Assembly (NCBI GenBank): GCA_034520965.1
Contig: JAXHMY010000001.1
Coordinates: 960,001-1,024,000 of the forward strand
Length of the DNA stretch: 64,000 nucleotides
Origin: Spirochaetia bacterium
GTDB taxonomy: Bacteria; Spirochaetota; Spirochaetia; DSM-16054; Sediminispirochaetaceae
Reading direction: 5' to 3'
Shown here: one piece after another, positions 30,489 through 40,711 of the stretch
Position numbering within the stretch: the stretch's first letter is position 1
Layout of the letters: every line of letters starts with the position of its first letter
Position numbers and translations under genes: made by a program
The notes under the pieces: model-generated
What the model was told of the DNA's origin: nothing
What the model saw: only the letters and a program-made list of their open reading frames with translations
Databases searched by the model: none

Positions 30489-31556
30489 TCACCGGCGACC
30501 GGCTTTTTTAGCGATTTTTCGAACCTGCTGAACAAACTGAGGATTTGTAAGGGCTTCGTTGTAGCCCTGTTCGATTATTTCGTCGGCTTTGTTGAAGTCG
30601 TTCAGGTAATACTCTTCCAGGTCCGGATGAATATAGGCATAGGTGCTGAAAAAACCTCCCTCCGGTTCAGCTGTCTGTTGTTCGTTAATAATGGCCATCA
30701 CATTGGTAATGACCTCCGGCAAGGTAAGGGTGGCCGCCTTGTGATCGGGTCCTCGTGTAAAACTATTTACAAGATCCTTCACCGAGAAGGTTTCCCGGGA
30801 TTGCAGGGTATCAGCAAGTTTCTGCAGAGGGATCCGAAAGGCTCCGTTGGTTAACCGATCTTCCAGCTTTCGAAAAGCAGACTTCTGGCTGTCCGATAAG
30901 TCTTGGTCGGAAATTTCTTTTTGATGCTCTTCCTCGACCTGCCGCTTCGCCTCATCCTTAGCCTCAGTCTCGATTAGTTCGGAAGCATGCAGCACCCGTT
31001 GTGCATCCTCGCGGCGTTTGGGGGCCACATCCACTACTACCTGCAGCCGCCCGAACTCTTCAGCTATCCTCCAGGGCAGATTATTCAGAACTCCGCCGTC
31101 GATCAGCTGATGCCCGTGGAAACTGTAGGGTTTAAAGACCGTCGGTATCGACATCGAGGCCATCATTGCATCCAGCAGACGCCCCCTGTCAAAGATAACC
31201 TGCTGCCCGGTGTTTATATCAACCGCAACACTCCGGTAGCTAACGGGAAGGTCTTCGATGAGGGCATCCTGAATGAAGCCGTGGAAAAAGTCCCGAATAC
31301 CGTCGGTATCGATAATTCCTCCCCGGGGAAAGGAGGGAAAGAAAAGTTTTACAATCTCGATCGACCGTACCTGTTCAGCCACCTGCTGAATTTGCTTGGA
31401 ATCATACCCATACGCGTACAAACCCCCGACTATCGCTCCCATCGAAGTGCCGACAATCGCCGTAGGCCGCAGCCCCCACTCTTCCAGATACCGCAAAACG
31501 CCTACATGGGCATATCCGTAGGCCGCGCCGCCGCTTAATGTATAAACCAGTTCCAT
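30489..31556 (-). CDS. Patatin-like phospholipase
   Basis: 'LSGGAAYGYAHVGV', 'GTSMG', 'IDGG'. Confidence 0.93.
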   Translation of the reverse strand: MELVYTLSGGAAYGYAHVGVLRYLEEWGLRPTAIVGTSMGAIVGGLYAYGYDSKQIQQVAEQVRSIEIVKLFFPSFPRGGIIDTDGIRDFFHGFIQDALIEDLPVSYRSVAVDINTGQQVIFDRGRLLDAMMASMSIPTVFKPYSFHGHQLIDGGVLNNLPWRIAEEFGRLQVVVDVAPKRREDAQRVLHASELIETEAKDEAKRQVEEEHQKEISDQDLSDSQKSAFRKLEDRLTNGAFRIPLQKLADTLQSRETFSVKDLVNSFTRGPDHKAATLTLPEVITNVMAIINEQQTAEPEGGFFSTYAYIHPDLEEYYLNDFNKADEIIEQGYNEALTNPQFVQQVRKIAKKAGRR

Positions 31557-31575
31557 CGCTTTTCCTCTCTCCCAT

Positions 31576-31630
31576 GAAAATAGCCGTATTCGGCTAATTT
31601 CACTGTAATCCGCTGCCGGCGGAATATCAA
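31576..31630 (-). promoter_or_regulatory. Promoter (TTGATA-N17-TACAGT) followed by a 26-bp palindrome
   Basis: GAAAATAGCCG-TATT-CGGCTAATTTC at 31576-31601, with a near-identical copy at 56911-56936. Confidence 0.6.
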
Positions 31631-31646
31631 GTCCACAGTCCACACA

Positions 31647-32318
31647 CTATGCAAGCAGCCGCTCCGCCCCGCTCCAGCCAAAGTATACGGCAAAGCCTAT
31701 TAGCACTACTGCCGACACTGCAATAATGCCGCGGTAGATTCGGTCGCTGAAAAAGCGTCGGCCCTTGCCCACTGCTGTGGACACAAGGGTATACCAGGCA
31801 AAATCAGCGGATTGATGGCCCAAGAAGAATATCAGCACTCCCAGCAGACCGGCTGTTTGTGAACGGGCCACCAGGCCGAGGCCGATGGTTGCCCACCACA
31901 CTACCCAGTAGGGGTTGGCAAGACTAAGAAGTATGCCGATTTTCATGGGACGCCCGACCCCTCCCCGTTCATAGCCGCTCTGGCCTGCCTCCGGGCGGTT
32001 GCCGTCGCCCCATTCGATACGCAGGTGAGGCAGACTGCGAAACATTCCATAGGCCATCCAGGTCAAAATAAGAGCCCCGCCGAAGGACACAAGCACAAAA
32101 AACATGTCCCGCTGCAGCAGCGGGGCAACCCCGGCGATCAGGGCCGCCACCAAGACCCCTTCCAGCAGCGCATGGCCGCTCATAATCAGCGGGCCTGCAA
32201 CTGGGCCGCGCTTTACGCTTTCACTTATCGTGGCGGTTAGCAGGGGTCCCGGCATCATTGCGCCGGAGAGGGCTATTACAAAGGAGGTTACAAACAGTGA
32301 TATAAAGGTCATTCGCAC
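31647..32318 (-). CDS. LysE family translocator
   Basis: 'ALSGAMMPGPL', 'GHALLE', 'LSLANPYWVVWWATIG'. Confidence 0.9.
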   Translation of the reverse strand: MRMTFISLFVTSFVIALSGAMMPGPLLTATISESVKRGPVAGPLIMSGHALLEGVLVAALIAGVAPLLQRDMFFVLVSFGGALILTWMAYGMFRSLPHLRIEWGDGNRPEAGQSGYERGGVGRPMKIGILLSLANPYWVVWWATIGLGLVARSQTAGLLGVLIFFLGHQSADFAWYTLVSTAVGKGRRFFSDRIYRGIIAVSAVVLIGFAVYFGWSGAERLLA

Positions 32319-32325
32319 TCCTCCT

Positions 32326-32646
32326 CTACAATAAGAGTGCCAGTGCGCTTAGCACGGCTACCGAACTCAAAACCACTACTATCAGAGGCGCTCCTGTGAA
32401 GGCAATCCCGATAGCAACTACACCGCCGGCCAGTCCGTACCACAGCTGGTCATGAATCCCCAGAATCCCCGGAAAAATCAGGGCACCCAGAGCTGCATAG
32501 GGAAGATTACGAAGCATCCGTGCGAGGAATGGAGGAATTTTCTCCGCGTCCAGCACCACCAGAGGCAGCATTCTCGGAATATAAGTAACCAGGGTCATAC
32601 CGAGTATCATTATCCACACCGTGCTGTTCATTGTTTCAAAATTCAT
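32326..32646 (-). CDS. azlD: AzlD family exporter small subunit
   Basis: 'GMTLVTYIPRMLP', 'LPYAALGALIFP', adjacent to azlC. Confidence 0.88.
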   Translation of the reverse strand: MNFETMNSTVWIMILGMTLVTYIPRMLPLVVLDAEKIPPFLARMLRNLPYAALGALIFPGILGIHDQLWYGLAGGVVAIGIAFTGAPLIVVVLSSVAVLSALALLL

Positions 32647-33389
32647 TTTTCCTCCTCCTGCTCCGACTTTTCACATGTGTTCCCAAATGTTTGAAGGAGC
32701 TCCATCAGCAGGACCGCTCCAATGGTCGCCCCGATAATTGCCCAGCCGACCGGCAAAAACAGAACCAGCAGGCTGTTCAACAGTCCGGCGGCCAGCGCCA
32801 GGAACAGAGCCTTGCGGTACTTTTTCACTGAAGGGATCAGCAGGCCGATAAACATGGCATACAGGGCTATACTCATTCCCTGCTGAAAGGACGCCGGCAG
32901 GGCAGACCCGGCCGCATAGCCTATTCCGGAATTGATAACCCAGCTGGAGTAGGCCATTAGGCTTAATCCGTAAAGGTAGTGTGAGCCCACCGCACCTTCC
33001 CGGGTCGAGGCAACCGCAAACACCTCGTCGGTGATTCCGAAGGCGTAGACCAGCTTCCGCAGTTTTGACTCCGGCACTGCCTTTTCATTAATCGACATAC
33101 TCATCAGCATGTGCCGAATATTCACAATAAAGGTAGAGAATATTATCTCTACCGTGCCCGTGCCCAGGGCCAGTAAGCCCAATGCCATAAACTGCGAGGC
33201 CCCGGCAAATACAAGCAAGCTCATACCAACCGTATGCAGCAGGCTGATGCCGGTATTCTTAGCCAGCAGACCAAAGGCTAGAGCAATGGGCATATACCCG
33301 ATTGCGATAGTAAGTCCGGCCTGGACTCCCTGCAGAAAACCGGGCAGCTGCGTCTGTCCGGAGAGTTTTTCCTGTGCTCTCAACTTCAT
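32643..33389 (-). CDS. azlC: AzlC family branched-chain amino acid exporter
   Basis: 'GYMPIALAFG', 'FAGASQF', 'VNIRHMLMS', 'ITDEVFA'. Confidence 0.93.
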   Translation of the reverse strand: MKLRAQEKLSGQTQLPGFLQGVQAGLTIAIGYMPIALAFGLLAKNTGISLLHTVGMSLLVFAGASQFMALGLLALGTGTVEIIFSTFIVNIRHMLMSMSINEKAVPESKLRKLVYAFGITDEVFAVASTREGAVGSHYLYGLSLMAYSSWVINSGIGYAAGSALPASFQQGMSIALYAMFIGLLIPSVKKYRKALFLALAAGLLNSLLVLFLPVGWAIIGATIGAVLLMELLQTFGNTCEKSEQEEEK

Positions 33390-33449
33390 AGCTGCTCCTA
33401 ATATGGGCAATGATACCAGTACTTAAGAGGGCTGAATAGAGGATCTGAC

Positions 33450-34394
33450 TTATATAGTAAAAAGAGTGTCGATAAAGAGGGAGGCCGAGAGGAGGTCGGC
33501 GCTTCCCCCCGGGCTGATATTGCGGAACACACACTCGCTGTTCAACTGCTGTATGAAGGTACGTCCTGCAGAGGAATACGCACCGCCCAGTGAAAGGGCC
33601 CGGCGGGCGGACTCCTGCACATACAATAGGCCCGGCATGCCGCCGCGAGCGGCCACGTTGGTATCTTCCACTACCGTCATTAAATACAGCAGAGCCTGCA
33701 CTCCAGCCTGATCGAGGGACCCTGTGCCTCGCCGTACCGATTCAAGTACCGGGAGGCCGTACAGCAGCAGCGAAGGATAACCCTGCTCGGCTTCGCCCCG
33801 GATTCCCGTCATACCGCAGGATTTATAGAGGCGCTCGCCGGAGGTTTCTTTTATACCGGCTGTTTCGGCAGCCCCTGCGCCGGGCGGGCAGCTGCCGGCG
33901 GACAACTCCCGTTCAACAATTCCCTGCACCATCTCCGCTGCACACTGCAGCAGTTGATATGCAGAAAAGGTATCGGTACGCTCTTTCCCGCAAAGATAGC
34001 CCAGGGCGGTACTCAGGAGGCCGAAGGTAAAGATGGCTCCTTTATGAGTATTTACCCCACAGGTCGCCGCGTACATGGCAGCCTCCGCCCGCACGCCTAT
34101 GAGGCGGGCCTGTTCAAATGCCTCGCGGGGCGCAGCCACCTTCCTCCGGGATGCAGCAAAACCACACTCGAACATTCTGCCGAAATAGGGCGAGACCGCC
34201 TCGGCACTGCGGTAAAACGTACTCAAATCCATATCGCCGTGGGACCCGCTGCCGAATCTGTCCACCAAACCGGGTTTAGGAGCAATCCAAGCTTCTGTCT
34301 TTAACGCCTCGGCAGCTTTCTTGCTCAACGCTTCGGCTTCAACACAGGAGGGTGAAGGAGTGGTTAGGGTTTTAGGAAGTACCGGCATCTGCAC
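33450..34394 (-). CDS. citG: Triphosphoribosyl-dephospho-CoA synthase
   Basis: 'PKPGLVD', 'GSHGDMD', 'GVNTHKGAIF', 'GIRGEA', 'ISPGGSADLL'. Confidence 0.94.
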   Translation of the reverse strand: MQMPVLPKTLTTPSPSCVEAEALSKKAAEALKTEAWIAPKPGLVDRFGSGSHGDMDLSTFYRSAEAVSPYFGRMFECGFAASRRKVAAPREAFEQARLIGVRAEAAMYAATCGVNTHKGAIFTFGLLSTALGYLCGKERTDTFSAYQLLQCAAEMVQGIVERELSAGSCPPGAGAAETAGIKETSGERLYKSCGMTGIRGEAEQGYPSLLLYGLPVLESVRRGTGSLDQAGVQALLYLMTVVEDTNVAARGGMPGLLYVQESARRALSLGGAYSSAGRTFIQQLNSECVFRNISPGGSADLLSASLFIDTLFTI

Positions 34395-34959
34395 TGCTCC
34401 GGTTTTGTGAAAAATAGCGGTTTATAAGGGAAAAAAGGTAGCTCTGCAGATCTTCTGCAGTATGTCTTCCGAGGCGTGCGCACACCCGGGCCGGTTCATC
34501 ACAGAGAAAGCAACGCCGCTGGGGAAGCTGCAACTCAGCCCTCCCCACCGCAGAGCCGTCGCCCCGGTACACATCAAAGTCGAATATCCGGCCCAGGGGA
34601 TGCTGCTTTTCTATTTGGATACAAAGCCGCTTTAACCGGAGCGCTATAGTTTCTGAGTCATTTTTAATTTCTGAAATCGCGGCGGATCCGGGGCCAATCA
34701 GAAAAAGTGCCTCTCGTCCGCAGGCGTCATGGCGAATCTCTCTCCTTTTCACCTGAAGTCCTGCAGCGGAGCTGCGGCGGAGGAACTCCTGCTCCCCGGC
34801 TAAATGGGCTTTCTCATAGGGGGGTGCATTTTTCTCAGCTCCGGGAATGTTCATACTAAGCAGTACCGCCGGCAGCCCGTATTCCTGTTGCAGCTGCTCG
34901 CGGCGCCTCACCCGAGCTTCCCGGCAGGCGAGGATGGCCCCCATACGCCCCTTATCCAC
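34372..34959 (-). CDS. citX: Apo-citrate lyase phosphoribosyl-dephospho-CoA transferase
   Basis: 'ACREARV', 'MNIPGAEK', 'IEKQHPLGRIFDFDV', 'RRCFLCDEPARVCAR'. Confidence 0.92.
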   Translation of the reverse strand: MDKGRMGAILACREARVRRREQLQQEYGLPAVLLSMNIPGAEKNAPPYEKAHLAGEQEFLRRSSAAGLQVKRREIRHDACGREALFLIGPGSAAISEIKNDSETIALRLKRLCIQIEKQHPLGRIFDFDVYRGDGSAVGRAELQLPQRRCFLCDEPARVCARLGRHTAEDLQSYLFSLINRYFSQNRSSADAGTS

Positions 34960-34970
34960 GTGCTTGCACC

Positions 34971-36510
34971 CTAGTCTTTTACCTGATAGACCACATCGAT
35001 GATAGTCCCGTCCCGGTATTCCACGACGCCCACAATTTTATCTTCAAACTGTACCGGTTCCGGGACCCCGGTTACCTTCTCGGCCTTCTGCTTCAGCTGC
35101 TCTATGCTGTAGAGGGGAAGGTGCTTGGTTTTAAGCCGGTCGTAGATGTCCCGGCGCTTGGGATTCACCGCCACGCCGTGGTCGGTTACCAGCACATCTA
35201 CTGTCTCGCCGGGTGTAATGATGGTATCGACGCTTTCCACAACTGTGGCGGTGCGGCCGCGGATCAGAGGTGCAACGACAATCGAGATGCCCGATCCGAT
35301 AGCCGTATCCGAATGTCCTCCAGAAGCCCCCCGGATTACCCCGTCCGAGCCGGTTAACACATTCACATTAAAGTTGGTGTCAATTTCCATAGCACTTAAA
35401 ACCACCACGTTGATTTTGTTGGTGGCACAACCCTTGTTATGGGGGTTAGCGTAGTAGGAGGCGTCGATCTCGGTGTGGTAGCGGTTCTCTGCGATCGACC
35501 GAATCGCTTCCTGGTCGAAACTCTGCACGTCCAGAATGCGCTTTATCAATCCCTCTTCGTGGAGTGTGACTATATTCCCCGTGACCCCGCCCAGGGCAAA
35601 GCTGGCGGTAAAGTTTTTCCGCAGCATCACATCCCGCAGGAACTGGGTAACCGCCAGGGAGATACTGCCCGAACCGGTTTGGATGGAAAAGCCATCTTCC
35701 ATGTAGCCGGAGTGTTCGATTACATGCGAGGCGTACTGGGCAATTAGAATGTCCCGGGGATTGCGGGTCATCCGCAGCGCCCCGGCACTGATTCCCTGGG
35801 GGTCGCCAATTTGATCCACCGGCACTATTAAATCTACATGATCCTGGTGAATACTAAAGGGTGTATTGGGGTACTCGACCAGATTGTCGGTAATCAGCAC
35901 CACCTTGGCAGCATGCACCGCATCCACCTTCGCATATCCCAACGAACCGCAGGCCGAGGGGCCGGTGTAGCCGTTGGCGTTTCCGTATACATCGCAGGAG
36001 GGAACCGCCAGAAAGGCCACATCAATCTGCAGCTCTCCGGCCTCGATCATCCGTGCCCGTCCGCCGTGGGAGTGGAACAGGACCGGTGTGTCCAGCACCC
36101 CGTGGGAGACCGCCTCGGCCAGCTCTCCGCGAATGCCGCTGCATATCAGCCGCCGTACCACCCCTTTTTCAATGTGCTTAATGAGGGGGGTATGGGCCCC
36201 GGTGAGGGAGCTTGAGGCGATGGTCAGGTCCTTTAATCCCAGGTTTGCTATTACATCCATTACCATATTCAGTACCATATCACCGTTGCGCAGGTGATGG
36301 TGGAAGGAGATGGTCATACCGTCCTGCAGCCCGCTTTTCAGCACCGCCTGTTCAATGCTGTCGACAATCTTGTTTAAGCGGGGAAGGTCTTCGGGAACCC
36401 TTTTGCTTACGTACCAGAGGAGTGTTTTTAAATGCCCCTTCAAAGGGCCGGACCTCCGGCACACCTTTGATACGGGCAGGAATTTCCCTGCCGGCGGCGT
36501 TGTTAGCCAT
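34971..36510 (-). CDS. citF: Citrate lyase alpha subunit (frameshift near N-terminus)
   Basis: 'MANNAAGREIP', 'GMTISFHHHLRNGD', 'HSHGGRAR', 'GASGGHSDTA', 'VEYRDGTIIDVV'. Confidence 0.95.
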
Positions 36511-37408
36511 TAATCTCCTCCTCTTCAATCTCATCCAGATAAATTCCTGAAGCCTGCGCTAGGTCGAGGGTATGCCGGGCGCGATCCACCACCGGCTTAT
36601 CTATCATTTTGCCGTTCACCGCTACCACTCCGCTGCCTTCCTGCTCCGCCCGTTCAATTGCACGGATAATGCGCCGGGCAGTTTTAATTTCGACCACCGA
36701 GGGCATATAAATGCTGTGTACAATTCCCACCTGCCTGGGGTTGATTACCGATTTTCCGTCAAAGCCCATATTCTTAATTAGCTCGACCTCTTCCCTAAAA
36801 CCCTCATCATCGGAGACATCGGCAAACACCGTATCTACCGCGTGAAGCCCCGCCGCACGGGCGGCTAACAGAATCTCCTGCCGGGCAGTAAACAGTTCGG
36901 TTCCCGGTTTGCTGCGGCTGGTGTGCATATTGGTGACAAAATCTTCAGCCCCAAAGGCAATACCTACCAGCCGTTCACTGGAGGTGGCAATGCGGTAGGC
37001 ATTTACCACACCCCGGGCGCTTTCAATGGCCGCAAACAGTTTAATTGAGCCGATCTCCACTCCCGCCTGCCCCTCAACCTCGGTCAGCCGCTGGTCAATC
37101 TTCTGAATATCTTCGGGCTTCTCGGTTTTGGGCAGGCGGATTATATCCGGCCGTGCCCGTACCATCGCCTCGACATCATCCCGGCCAAAGGGCGTGTCCA
37201 GCCCGTTGATCCGCACCACCGTTTCGGTAGTTTCATAGTCGATACAGCGCAGGGCATGGAATATAAGCAGACGGGCGGAATCCTTCTCCCTTACCGACAC
37301 CGAGTCCTCTAAATCGAACATCACCGAATCGGAGCGGTAGATATGTGCATCCTTTACCATATTCGGATTATTCCCCGGAACGTACAACATCGTTCTACGC
37401 AGTTTCAT
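36503..37408 (-). CDS. citE: Citrate lyase beta subunit
   Basis: 'RRTMLYVPGNNP', 'FDLEDSV', 'IESARG', 'GFDGKSVINP', 'GKMIDKP'. Confidence 0.96.
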   Translation of the reverse strand: MKLRRTMLYVPGNNPNMVKDAHIYRSDSVMFDLEDSVSVREKDSARLLIFHALRCIDYETTETVVRINGLDTPFGRDDVEAMVRARPDIIRLPKTEKPEDIQKIDQRLTEVEGQAGVEIGSIKLFAAIESARGVVNAYRIATSSERLVGIAFGAEDFVTNMHTSRSKPGTELFTARQEILLAARAAGLHAVDTVFADVSDDEGFREEVELIKNMGFDGKSVINPRQVGIVHSIYMPSVVEIKTARRIIRAIERAEQEGSGVVAVNGKMIDKPVVDRARHTLDLAQASGIYLDEIEEEEING

Positions 37409-37702
37409 CTACAGCGCCTCCCAGTGGTAGGTCTGCACCCCGGCGCCCCGATACAGGGCCGTTTCGAGGCGTGCCCGGATTACACAATCCAGGGCACTGC
37501 GGTCGTCCACATCCACTAGGGCGGAGCTCACCTGCATCTCATCCAGTATATCCCTCACTAATTGCTCGATATGTTTGCCGAAGCGCTTTTCCACAATACT
37601 TTTTAGCTTTATCTCGATTTTGTTCTCCGGATGAGTTTTTACACTTATGAGTACATCGCTCGATTCCAGGGTACCGGCCTTGCCGGTGCGGATTAACTCC
37701 AT
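37409..37702 (-). CDS. citD: Citrate lyase acyl carrier protein
   Basis: 'AGTLESSD', 'ALDCVIRARL'. Confidence 0.96.
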   Translation of the reverse strand: MELIRTGKAGTLESSDVLISVKTHPENKIEIKLKSIVEKRFGKHIEQLVRDILDEMQVSSALVDVDDRSALDCVIRARLETALYRGAGVQTYHWEAL

Positions 37703-37715
37703 GCTGCTTCTCCTC

Positions 37716-38783
37716 TTAATGACGCCGATTCTCCCGGCGTATGCGCTCCACGACAGGGCCGGCCTCCGGACTATTCAGGTACTTCCAAGTAGGCCGTGGA
37801 ACCAACGATTCTACCTCTTTCAACCGGTTCTCACGTATAAGCTCGCGCACCTTCGAGGCACTTACCGCAGCCCCGGCATACTCAAGCCGGGGAATCTCCT
37901 CCACCTCGATTCCATAGCGCGGCAGTATCAACCGCATCTGACGGTTATAGGCGGCGGTTACCGGGCAGTAGGGCTCTTCCCCCACCATCCGTCGGTCAAT
38001 ATTCAGGGCGGGGGCTATTCTCTCGCCAAAAATCTGCAGATCCAGACGAGCATGGGCACTGGTAACCGCCTCGCTGTCACGTAAAAAATAGGAGGGAAAG
38101 GTTGCCCCGGAGATCATATACGGCCCGCCGTGATGAACCAGCACATTTTCAAACTCCCGGGTGCCCTGCCATACCAGTTGAAACCGCACCTCCTCTGGAA
38201 ACAGGGAACGCTCGGCGGAAACCACAAACAGATGCACCTTCTGCCCCGTTTCCGCTGCCCGCCGGGAGGCCTGCTCCACCAGATACCGGTGGCCCAGGGT
38301 AAAGGGGTTACAGTTCATCACCAGTGCGGTAGAAGTCCCTGCGGATGCCCGCGAAGCCAGCGTCTTTAACCAGCTCTCCACCTGGCCGTCGGGTTTCTCC
38401 AGCAGAACCACGTCCGTCTGCTCACCGGCGGAGGTCTCCGCTACGACTCCGAAACCGAGGCTCTGGAAGACAGCGCGGTTTTTGGCTTTGGTAAATACAA
38501 AGAGGTGTTCAATTCCCTTATGGTAGGCTTCAAGCTCCAGCTCGCCGACAATTGTATTGGTGACGGCTTCGCCCTGATAGTCTTGATCCACCGCAATGCA
38601 CTTGAGTACTCCCCCGGCCAGAGAACCGGTACCCACTATAACTCCATTGCTTTTCACCACTAGGGTATGCTCGACATCCGTATCGTAGGAAAGCTGCTGA
38701 GAGGCTAAAAACTCAGCTACCGGCTTACGTTCAGAAGCGAGGTCCGGCTGGATAGAACTGATCTCAAGGTCGTAGGTACTCAT
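37716..38783 (-). CDS. citC: [Citrate lyase] ligase
   Basis: 'VMNCNPFTLGHRYLVE', 'YMISGATFPSYF', 'VGEEPYCPVTAAYN', 'SASKVR'. Confidence 0.96.
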   Translation of the reverse strand: MSTYDLEISSIQPDLASERKPVAEFLASQQLSYDTDVEHTLVVKSNGVIVGTGSLAGGVLKCIAVDQDYQGEAVTNTIVGELELEAYHKGIEHLFVFTKAKNRAVFQSLGFGVVAETSAGEQTDVVLLEKPDGQVESWLKTLASRASAGTSTALVMNCNPFTLGHRYLVEQASRRAAETGQKVHLFVVSAERSLFPEEVRFQLVWQGTREFENVLVHHGGPYMISGATFPSYFLRDSEAVTSAHARLDLQIFGERIAPALNIDRRMVGEEPYCPVTAAYNRQMRLILPRYGIEVEEIPRLEYAGAAVSASKVRELIRENRLKEVESLVPRPTWKYLNSPEAGPVVERIRRENRRH

Positions 38784-38804
38784 AACTTTTTTCTATACTA
38801 TCAC

Positions 38805-38945
38805 CAGCAATTCTAAATTTGGAAGTCTTCCGACTTCCAAATTTAGAATTTGCTTCATTTTCTTAGCAAAAATTGGTAGATCAATACAGTTGGAGGCATT
38901 CTCAGCTTGGATAGTGCATTGCACTATCCAAACTGAGAATTGCTG
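38805..38945 (-). mobile_element. Full-length double-hairpin MITE (141 bp) with 9-bp target duplication
   Basis: Ends CAGCAATTCT / AGAATTGCTG. TACTATCAC at both 38796-38804 and 38946-38954. Confidence 0.88.
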
Positions 38946-38971
38946 TACTATCACAGTCTGCGATTTTGAAC

Positions 38972-39020
38972 AAAAAAAATCCGCGTCCCCAATGCCTATT
39001 AGGCAAGGGTGGGCGGATTC
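38972..39020 (-). terminator. Intrinsic terminator of proS
   Basis: GC-rich stem (AATCCGC...GCGGATT) followed by a T-tract on the minus strand. Confidence 0.65.
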
Positions 39021-39053
39021 TGTGGTTCACACGACCGAAGGGGAAGCCGGCGG

Positions 39054-40482
39054 TTAATACGCTTTTGAGAAGATGGCCCGGTACTGGGCCGGTTCACCGC
39101 AGCGCACACATTTTTTTCCGCTTACCCCATCCTGGTCAAAGGGCAGCACCCGGATGGTGGCCTTGGTATCGTTTTTTACAGCCGCTTCACACTCCACCGA
39201 GCCGCACCAGTGGGTATCGACAAAGCCGTTGCCCTCTTTGTACAGCGCCTTGAACTCATCGTAGTTCTGCAGCTGATGGGTGTTCTCTGCGCGCAGCTCA
39301 AGGGCACGCTGATACAAATCCTTCTGAATCTGTTCCAGCAGCTCTCCCACCCGCTCAGAAGCAGCTTCAATGGCAACCGACTCTTTTTCTCCGGTGTCCC
39401 GACGCACCAGCATGGCTTTGCCGTTTTCCATATCCCGGGGGCCTATCTCTATCCGTACCGGGACACCCCGCATTTCCCACTCGGCAAACTTCCAGCCCGG
39501 GGAATTGGCCTCGTCGTCATCCAAGACTACCTTGTAGCGCCCCTTCATCTGCTGATACAGCTTGTCGGCGTACTCCAGTACCTCGGTTTTGTTTTTGTTT
39601 TTGAAAATCGGTATGAGCACCGCCTCGGTGGGTGCCAGTCGCGGCGGCACCACCAGCCCGCGGTCATCGGAATGGGTCATAATCAGGGCCCCGACCAGCC
39701 GGGTGGAAACGCCCCACGAGCTAGCCCAGACATGGTCGAGCTTTCCCTCTTTGGTCTGAAAGGTTACATCGAAGGCTTTGGCAAAATTCTGGCCCAGGAA
39801 GTGGGAGGTACCCGCCTGCAGGGCACGGCGGTCCTGCATCATCGCTTCGATGGAATAGGTATTTACGGCGCCGGCAAATTTCTCGGTCTCCGTTTTACGG
39901 CCGGTTAACACCGGTACGGCCATATACTCTTCTACAAAACTGCGGTACACCTCCAGCATTTTGAGGGTTTCCTCCTCCGCCTCTTCCTTTGTCTCATGAG
40001 CGGTATGTCCCTCCTGCCAAAGGAACTCACTGGTGCGCAGAAACAGGCGGGTGCGCTTTTCCCAGCGCAGTACATTGGCCCACTGGTTTATCAGCAGGGG
40101 CAGATCGCGGTACGACTGTATCCACTTCTTGTACATGCTCCAGATGATGGTCTCGGAGGTGGGACGGATAACCAGAGGCTCTTCAAGCTCGTCTCCGCCG
40201 GCATGGGTTACCACCGCCAGCTCCGGAGAGAAGCCCTCGACGTGTTCGGCCTCTTTATGGATAAAACTTTCGGGTATCAACAGGGGAAAATAAGCGTTGC
40301 TGTGACCGGTTTCCTTAAACATAGTATCGAGTTGGCTCTGAATGGCTTCCCACAGGGCGTAACCGCGGGGCCGGATCACCATACAGCCCTTTACTGGGGA
40401 GTAGTCGGCCAGTTTTGCCTGGACTACAATATCAACATACCATTTGGAATAGTCTTCGCTGCGGGGTAATTTTTTCCGCCAT
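39054..40482 (-). CDS. proS: Prolyl-tRNA synthetase, archaeal/eukaryote-like type (frameshift near 40460)
   Basis: 'MAEKITP...DYSKWY', 'IRPTSET', '[16 protein letters not shown]', '[12 protein letters not shown]', 'SWGVSTR', ending 'KAY'. Confidence 0.97.
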
Positions 40483-40588
40483 ACATACCTCTAGTATTGA
40501 ATCTTATTATTTCTTGGAGAACAAATTGCCTGGGTATTGTACTAAGGAGCGGCGGGATGGTCAATGCAGGCGGCGGACTACTTTACCA

Positions 40589-40711
40589 CAGGAATTTGAA
40601 TTTTGGAAGTCTTTTGACTTCCAAAATTAGAATAACCTCAAACCCTTTAAGATAAATTACTTATTCTAAAGAAGATGTGAGCATTCTAAATTTGAAAATT
40701 TAGAATCGCCT
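40589..40711 (-). mobile_element. Decayed MITE copy with collapsed second hairpin
   Basis: TTTTGGAAGTC-tttt-GACTTCCAAAA and GCATTCTAAATTT-ga-AAATTTAGAATCGC. Flanks ACTTTACCA / ACTTCACAA match 7/9. Confidence 0.75.

Noticed and set aside
38805..38945. REP/RAYT or IS200/IS605-type element
   Set aside because: Terminal inverted repeats with 9-bp target duplications point to DDE-type transposition; HUH-mobilised IS elements do not make such duplications.
40440..40482. Programmed frameshift or pseudogene in proS
   Set aside because: No slippery site or stimulatory structure is evident, and the indel fits the window-wide error pattern.
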